Virus record (IMG/VR): IMGVR_UViG_3300027759_000070
Span: 22,972 to 86,971 of that record
Length of the DNA: 64,000 bases
Direction: 5' to 3' (one strand)
DNA from: a virus
Below are positions 57,891 through 64,000 of the stretch, in pieces. Under the pieces are notes generated by a model. It had not been told where the DNA came from, ran no database searches, and was given only the letters and a program-made list of their open reading frames with translations. The translations under genes were made by a program, and so were the position numbers. Position 1 is the stretch's first letter. Each line of letters starts with the position of its first letter.

Positions 57891-58583
57891 TTATGGTTTT
57901 TGTGCTATTAATGCTCCTACTGAGTTGTTATTAATTGATATTTGTATCTTTGAACTTAACGGTGACTGTATAATATAATTAGTATTTAATACTGGCCTTG
58001 CTGTATATCTTGTTGTTGGTTGTACAGTACTTCCCTGAACATGTATATCTTTTAATAAAAGTTTAATGTTTTTATCTGCTGATGCAAGTGGTGTCGAATA
58101 ACCAAATCCAACTCTATAAAAATCAAAATCTTGGGGATATGGTATATCGGTTTTTAGCTTAAGTACATCATAATACCTATCATTTATATCCTTTATCGAA
58201 ATTACCAGATTTTGAGCAAAATTAGTTAAATTAAATCTAATCGTGTTGTATTTCTCTGTTGGTTTTACTAAGGGTGATAATTGTTGATATAAAGGGAATG
58301 ATGTTAATGTATCAAAAGTGATACCTTTAACCGTTACTCGATTATTACTATCAAACATTATACCAATAAGTGAATTTACAACACCATAATCACCTTGGTA
58401 TGGTGCATATCCAAGTCCATCATATTTACCCCCTCCATCTAATGTGGGGTTATTGTATAAAAATGTAGAGAATCCACCAGAAGATCCTGCTCCACCTGAT
58501 ACACAATATTGGAAGGACCATGTAATATCAAAATTTGCATTTACTTGTTGGTTTACAGAAAAATTAAAAGTAGAATCTGCCAT
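57891..58583 (-). CDS. ConA/L-type lectin-like virion protein
   Basis: FDITWSF, GGFSTFL, GLGY, IGIMFD, VGFGYST pattern of the legume-lectin fold; late promoter. Confidence 0.55.
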   Translation of the reverse strand: MADSTFNFSVNQQVNANFDITWSFQYCVSGGAGSSGGFSTFLYNNPTLDGGGKYDGLGYAPYQGDYGVVNSLIGIMFDSNNRVTVKGITFDTLTSFPLYQQLSPLVKPTEKYNTIRFNLTNFAQNLVISIKDINDRYYDVLKLKTDIPYPQDFDFYRVGFGYSTPLASADKNIKLLLKDIHVQGSTVQPTTRYTARPVLNTNYIIQSPLSSKIQISINNNSVGALIAQKP

Positions 58584-58614
58584 TCTAATTATTTAGGATA
58601 CACTAAATACTTTA
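58584..58614. promoter_or_regulatory. Back-to-back late promoters
   Basis: CTAAATA on each strand, 6 and 5 nt before the divergent ATGs. Confidence 0.7.
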
Positions 58615-61600
58615 ATGGCAGGAAATGCACGTTTTCATGATAAACTTCACAGAAAAAATCACCATACATTACCAACTGTAGGATATCCCGACAGTGCTAA
58701 TGATCCGATTGCTTCTGCTTCGGAGCCATTTCAGGGAGATTTTGTAGTTAATGGTAGATTAAGCGCAAGTTCTGGGATAAGCATTCTTTCTGCACACATT
58801 GAACAGGATCTAGATTGCGAAAATGCATATGTAAGAGACACCACATATACTAATTTTATATCTGGATATGGAACAGAAACGATTATAAGTGACGGAGCAT
58901 TAACTGGATATGGGGATAAAACATTAACAATGGACTACAGAAAAGCTGTTTATGTTAAAACTCCAGTATTTAATATATTGGGTAATGTATCTGCTACTTC
59001 TGCTTTATATGTTGACGAGAATGCAACGATTAAAAATAAATTGGTAGCAGATAATATTGGCGTTGCGATGAGTTCTCCTAATGAGAAATTAACTATTAAT
59101 GGGAATGTATCTTTTTATGGGACATCTGCACATTATATTAAATCTCCTTACGGAAGTGATAACGGATTGATGGTATTTGGGGGTTCAAATACTGGGGCTA
59201 ATTCATATCTGGTCCACTTATTTTATAGTTTAAGTACACGGACTGGTGGAAGAATTGATGCAGACGGATCACACGATATCATACTACCATATCAACAAAG
59301 AAACGTAGTATACGGATCAGAAAATGTAACAAGATACTTTTTAGTTAGCGGTACAACGGCAAGCCCATCAGCAGTAGCATCAGATTCTGTTGTTGGTGGA
59401 ATTAGAGCATTCGCATATTCTGGAGGTAATAAATTTAATACTTATGGTGGTGGTGGAAATGCATCAATTGATTTAAAAACTTCTGGAGAACAATCATTAA
59501 CAAATGGTGGTGGATATATTATATTTAATACCATGCCTATGAATAGTGGTAACACAGTAGGAGCATCAGAAAGAATGCGTATTACTTCGGAAGGCAAAGT
59601 GGGAATTGGTACTACAACACCTACTGGTAGTGCTACTCCATTATCTGCTGAAGGTAGATCATTGCATGTATATAATAATACAAATGATAACACATCTACG
59701 AATTCTGATACTGTAGTTGTTGCTGAAAGTGTTAATAGAAATGCTTATTTCTTAGCATCTGTTGGTGTAGATGGTGGATTATCAATAAAAAGGAGTTCTG
59801 ATGCAAAACATTTAGGAAGAATAATAATGAATCAAACAAATGACACCATTTTTCAAGCTGGAGATGGTAGTTATGGATTGAACGAAACCATGCGTATTCT
59901 TTCTGGTGGAAATGTTGGGATTGGTACAATCACCCCAAATCAAAAATTAACTGTAAATGGTGTTATAAGTTCTAATAATTACATATATTCTCAAGATATT
60001 TGGCTTAATAGAGGAAACACTGATCGTGAAGGTGGACAAATTAATTTCAATAGATCGTATGACAATGCCCTTGCGTGGGCTATAGATACATATACTGATG
60101 TTATCGGTTCTTTGAGTAGTAGATTGAGGTTTATAGATACTAATTCTAACACAGAAAGAGTAACAATATTAAGTAGTGGAAATGTTGGTATAGGAACTCA
60201 TAATCCTACAGAGAGATTACATGTAATTGGAAATGTACTAATATCAGGAAATTTATCGGCATTGGGAGACACAACACAAATAGATACAGCTATAGTAACA
60301 ACCAGTGCAATGGTTATTGATATGCTGGGAAGTGCCAATGCATTAAGAATAACCCAAAGAGGAACAGGAAATGCCTTGTTGGTTGAAGATGAATCATCCG
60401 ATAGTACTGCTTTTGTAATTAATAGTGCTGGTGATGTCGGTATAGGTCACAACACACCAAGCAGTAAATTACATGTTGTTGGGTCTATTACAATACCATA
60501 TGATAATTATTTAAATTTTTCAGAAAATGGTAATGGTCACACTTCAATAAAAAGAAATGGTGCGGATAACGGAATGGAGTTTTTTACTAATTCTAATTCC
60601 AGAATGTTTATTTCTGATGCGGGAAATGTTGGGATAGGAACTAAGACTCAATTACACTCTCCAAATGATAAATTAGAAGTTGCTGGTAATGTGGGTGCAT
60701 ATGGTTATAGAGCAAAACAGCAAAAACCGAGCGGAAATCCGTTAACTGATTCGTCTCCTAATGGTTATGCTTTTGGTGATGACGGAGATACTGGAATGTT
60801 TTCACCACTTAACACAGGAGATACTGAAAATGAATCAGTAGGTAAAATTGGATGGTATTGTAATAATATTGAAACCGCAAGAACATTTATAAATTCTCAA
60901 CCAATATTCACAATAGGTGGATTGTCGGCAGCTTCTGAAACATATGGAAGAACTACATTAGTAGTGGGAGACGGTAATAATGGAGGTTTAATGGAATTGA
61001 GAGATGGTGCTGGCGGTCATAGCATCATATATCGTGATGCATTTACAAATTCTCTTTGGTTAGAAGGCAGAACCAATAATTCAAATATAGTATTATCAAC
61101 CATTGGTACAGGATCAATAACAATGGCGGTAACTGGTTCTTCGACTGGATTGTTTTTAGGTTCTAATGGTAATATAGGAATGGGAACAAACGCCCCAGAA
61201 TCCAAATTACATGTTAATGGTGGATTGACTTTAGATGCATGGAATCCAAGCGCACCAGCAAGTGTAGAATCTACTAATTTATCTTCTGTTTATATAAAAT
61301 TTAATTCTGGTGGTGCGGCTACAGATTGGGCATATTTAAGACAGATTGGAAATTCCGACGAATTATCTCTTGCATTAGATTTGCACGATAACGAAAATGT
61401 AACATCAGGTGGACAATCATTTTGTATAAGAAACATTAAGAGCACAGCTACTCCAGATATCATATATACTAATTTTATAGTAACTATGTCGGGCGGTGTT
61501 GGTGCTCCTTATTCTCTATCTGGAACAGGAAATCGTGCAGTTTATTCTGATGGAAATGGGATATTAACAAATACAGCATCTGATAGTACTTTAAAGAAAG

Positions 61601-61887
61601 ATGTATCAATAATTTCTCAAGGATTAAACGAAGTTTTACAACTAAATCCTGTATCATTTAATTGGAAAAATACTCAAAAATATGGAGAACAAAGAGAAAT
61701 AGGCTTTCTTGCACAAGAGGTACAACCGATTGTTCCAGAAGTAATAGGATCTAATAGTGATGGAACATTATCGTTGGATTATTCGAAAATGATTGCAGTT
61801 TTAACTAAAGCTATTCAAGAACTTAACACCAAAGTTGATGCTCAGGCATTAGAAATTGCAAAATTAAAAAATAATCAATCCAAATAA
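58615..61887 (+). CDS. Long tail fibre with C-terminal intramolecular chaperone (peptidase S74)
   Basis: Repeated R.TS.GNVGIGT..P..KLHV.G units; SD.TLKK, LNPVSFNW, GFLAQEV, LDYS, AIQEL. Confidence 0.9.
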   Translation: MAGNARFHDKLHRKNHHTLPTVGYPDSANDPIASASEPFQGDFVVNGRLSASSGISILSAHIEQDLDCENAYVRDTTYTNFISGYGTETIISDGALTGYGDKTLTMDYRKAVYVKTPVFNILGNVSATSALYVDENATIKNKLVADNIGVAMSSPNEKLTINGNVSFYGTSAHYIKSPYGSDNGLMVFGGSNTGANSYLVHLFYSLSTRTGGRIDADGSHDIILPYQQRNVVYGSENVTRYFLVSGTTASPSAVASDSVVGGIRAFAYSGGNKFNTYGGGGNASIDLKTSGEQSLTNGGGYIIFNTMPMNSGNTVGASERMRITSEGKVGIGTTTPTGSATPLSAEGRSLHVYNNTNDNTSTNSDTVVVAESVNRNAYFLASVGVDGGLSIKRSSDAKHLGRIIMNQTNDTIFQAGDGSYGLNETMRILSGGNVGIGTITPNQKLTVNGVISSNNYIYSQDIWLNRGNTDREGGQINFNRSYDNALAWAIDTYTDVIGSLSSRLRFIDTNSNTERVTILSSGNVGIGTHNPTERLHVIGNVLISGNLSALGDTTQIDTAIVTTSAMVIDMLGSANALRITQRGTGNALLVEDESSDSTAFVINSAGDVGIGHNTPSSKLHVVGSITIPYDNYLNFSENGNGHTSIKRNGADNGMEFFTNSNSRMFISDAGNVGIGTKTQLHSPNDKLEVAGNVGAYGYRAKQQKPSGNPLTDSSPNGYAFGDDGDTGMFSPLNTGDTENESVGKIGWYCNNIETARTFINSQPIFTIGGLSAASETYGRTTLVVGDGNNGGLMELRDGAGGHSIIYRDAFTNSLWLEGRTNNSNIVLSTIGTGSITMAVTGSSTGLFLGSNGNIGMGTNAPESKLHVNGGLTLDAWNPSAPASVESTNLSSVYIKFNSGGAATDWAYLRQIGNSDELSLALDLHDNENVTSGGQSFCIRNIKSTATPDIIYTNFIVTMSGGVGAPYSLSGTGNRAVYSDGNGILTNTASDSTLKKDVSIISQGLNEVLQLNPVSFNWKNTQKYGEQREIGFLAQEVQPIVPEVIGSNSDGTLSLDYSKMIAVLTKAIQELNTKVDAQALEIAKLKNNQSK

Positions 61888-61892
61888 CAAAC

Positions 61893-63059
61893 ATGTTCAT
61901 TAAAAATGGGAGTTTTAAAAATATAACGCACATAATTTCTTATGTGCCTCCCTTTATTACTGTACAATTACTTTCTGGTACTGCTTTTTCTGGACAAGAT
62001 TATACTTTTAAAATTAAAGTTAGAGGAAGTAAACCTATAACATATCAATGGTATAAAAATAATTTTCCATTAATAAATAAAACTAATAGTGAATTATTGA
62101 TAGAGGATGTCACCTCATCTGATCAAGCATATTATTATTGTAAAATATCAAATAATGGACATTATGTAGAAAGTAATGTAGTACCATTAAGCGTAATCGA
62201 ATCTCCATATATTGTAACACAACCAGTATCTGTATTATCGGCTATAGGAAGTAATATTTTGTTGAGCGTTTCGGCAACAGGTACAGAACCATTAACATAT
62301 GAATGGTATAAAAATAATTTAATATATCAAGATAGTACTTCTAAAAATTTATATATTAATAACATAAATTATATAAATGAAGGTAGTTATTATGTGATAG
62401 TAACAAATGAATTTGGTAGTGCAACTAGTTTATCAGCTTCGGTTAGAATTATAGAACCTTTAATAATAAGAACTCAGCCAACAAATTTAAATGTTAATAA
62501 AAATAATAATGCACAATTTTCTTTATCCTGTACTGGATATTTCCCTGTAAGTTCTCAATGGAGAAAGGATGGATCTTTATATGGAGATTTATCATCAAAT
62601 AATAATGGTATTATTACTTTAAATATAAACACAACAAAATTGTCAGATATAGGATACTATGATTGTGTTTTAAGTAGTAAATACGATTCGGTAACTAGTG
62701 AAAAAGTTTATTTACAAGTTAATGAAAAACCAGTATTTACATTAAATCCATTATCAGCAGAAATACCAATGACTCAAACGGTAACATTTATGGTGGACGC
62801 ATCGGGTACAGACCCAATAACATACCAATGGATAAAAATTGGTACTGGTAATGTTTTAAACGAGAAAACAAAATTATATACAATACAAAATGTGGTTTTA
62901 TCGGATCAAGCTGAATATGCATGTGTCGCCACTAATTTAGTGGGAAGTACTACCAGTTTATATGCAGCACTTTCGATAACACAACAGGAATTGATATTGT
63001 CCGATTCAAATCCGTATGAGTTTATATTATTAGATCAAAATGTTTATTGGTCTTTTTAA
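61893..63059 (+). CDS. Tandem immunoglobulin (I-set-like) domain virion protein
   Basis: Four repeats of P.I..QP ... G..P.TYQW.K ... D.G.Y.C...N..G. Confidence 0.88.
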   Translation: MFIKNGSFKNITHIISYVPPFITVQLLSGTAFSGQDYTFKIKVRGSKPITYQWYKNNFPLINKTNSELLIEDVTSSDQAYYYCKISNNGHYVESNVVPLSVIESPYIVTQPVSVLSAIGSNILLSVSATGTEPLTYEWYKNNLIYQDSTSKNLYINNINYINEGSYYVIVTNEFGSATSLSASVRIIEPLIIRTQPTNLNVNKNNNAQFSLSCTGYFPVSSQWRKDGSLYGDLSSNNNGIITLNINTTKLSDIGYYDCVLSSKYDSVTSEKVYLQVNEKPVFTLNPLSAEIPMTQTVTFMVDASGTDPITYQWIKIGTGNVLNEKTKLYTIQNVVLSDQAEYACVATNLVGSTTSLYAALSITQQELILSDSNPYEFILLDQNVYWSF

Positions 63060-63071
63060 ATAAATAAATAT

Positions 63072-64000
63072 ATGTCTTACAAAAGAATATTAGAGTTTAC
63101 AAATTATAAAGATTTATCTGGATACGATAATATTCTTATTGATCATGATAATACAACATACAGAACAGAATTAAGTTCTTTTGTATCGTATGTTTCAAAT
63201 CAAGCTAAAGATACACCAAGTATATTGATAATATCTACTAATAATATAGCAGATAATTCAATAACTTTAAATAAATTAAATACTAATAGTGTAACCACTG
63301 AAAAAATATTAAATTCTAATGTTACTACAGAAAAAATAGCAGATAATTCAATTACTTCTTTTAAATTATCTACAAATAGTGTTACTACAGAAAAAATTAA
63401 TGACGGAGCAGTTACAGCATTAAAATTGGCAGATAATGTTTTTAATGCATCAAAATTACAAGATTTATCAATTACAAATGCTAAATTAGCAGACGATTCT
63501 GTTACTGCAATTAAAATATCAAACAATTCTGTAACTTCAGCAAAAATAAATGACTCTGCTGTTACTGCTAGTAAAATAGCAGACGGAAATGTTACAACAA
63601 TTAAAATAGTTAATTCTGCTGTTACTACAGATAAGTTAGCTGATGGTAGTGTTACTACTATAAAACTTGCAAACTCTGCTGTTAATACAGATAAGTTAGC
63701 TGATGGTAGTGTTACCACGATTAAAATAGCTAATTCGGCAATAACAACTGATAAATTAACTGACGGATCAGTAACAACAATTAAAATAGCTAATTCAGCA
63801 GTAACTACTGATAAGTTAGAGGATTCTTCTGTTACTACAATAAAAATAAATAACTCTTCTGTTACTACAGATAAGTTAACTGATTCTGCTGTCATTACTT
63901 CAAAGCTAAATAACTCTTCTGTTATTACTGATAAATTAGCAGACTCTTCGGTTACTACTGCTAAAATAGGAAATAATTCAATTACTACAGAAAAATTATC
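63072..64000 (+). CDS. Repeat-rich fibre-like protein, runs off window end
   Basis: TAAATA-N5-ATG at 63072; open frame MSYKRILEF... into tandem (N/D)(S/G)(S/A)VTT.K(L/I)A decapeptides; missing from track because no stop in window. Confidence 0.85.
   Translation, partial: MSYKRILEFTNYKDLSGYDNILIDHDNTTYRTELSSFVSYVSNQAKDTPSILIISTNNIADNSITLNKLNTNSVTTEKILNSNVTTEKIADNSITSFKLSTNSVTTEKINDGAVTALKLADNVFNASKLQDLSITNAKLADDSVTAIKISNNSVTSAKINDSAVTASKIADGNVTTIKIVNSAVTTDKLADGSVTTIKLANSAVNTDKLADGSVTTIKIANSAITTDKLTDGSVTTIKIANSAVTTDKLEDSSVTTIKINNSSVTTDKLTDSAVITSKLNNSSVITDKLADSSVTTAKIGNNSITTEKL
63241..64000 (+). repeat. 30-bp (10-aa) coding tandem repeat with 60-bp superperiod
   Basis: e.g. GTTACTACAGATAAGTTAGCTGATGGTAGT recurring at 60-nt spacing (63621, 63681). 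Confidence 0.9.

Noticed and set aside
55081-63059. Diversity-generating retroelement acting on fibre genes
   Set aside because: No reverse transcriptase and no template/variable repeat pair seen in the window
63200-63895. 231 aa minus-strand ORF
   Set aside because: Antisense shadow of the plus-strand repeat gene starting at 63072
63241-64000. CRISPR array
   Set aside because: Repeats are contiguous, in-frame and degenerate at third positions, with no unique spacers or cas genes
1-64000. tRNA genes or stop-codon reassignment
   Set aside because: No cloverleaf seen in the short intergenic gaps; core genes are full length in the standard code and TAA, TAG and TGA all serve as stops

Overview
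AT-rich 64 kb segment of a large T4-like myophage genome. It contains: a rearranged head/neck module (gp23, gp22, gp21, gp4, gp13, gp20, gp15) interrupted by a homing endonuclease; SNF2 and DinG helicases; a GroES-like co-chaperonin; a ~12.4 kb, 17-gene glycan-synthesis operon that includes a RuBisCO-like protein (form IV); PhoH and Nudix genes; a block of small late proteins with capsid-targeting-like N-termini; the replication/recombination core (UvsY, UvsW, gp55, gp47, gp46, gp43, UvsX, gp32, gp45, gp61); and tail-fibre, lectin-like and Ig-domain genes. Most transcription units appear leaderless, with three promoter classes 5-8 nt upstream of start codons, several of them inside start-codon hairpins. 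Best candidates for new biology are the RLP-containing sugar pathway, the promoter/hairpin system, a helical u-spanin candidate and a set of putatively packaged proteins. All calls come from motif recognition by eye; no database searches were run.
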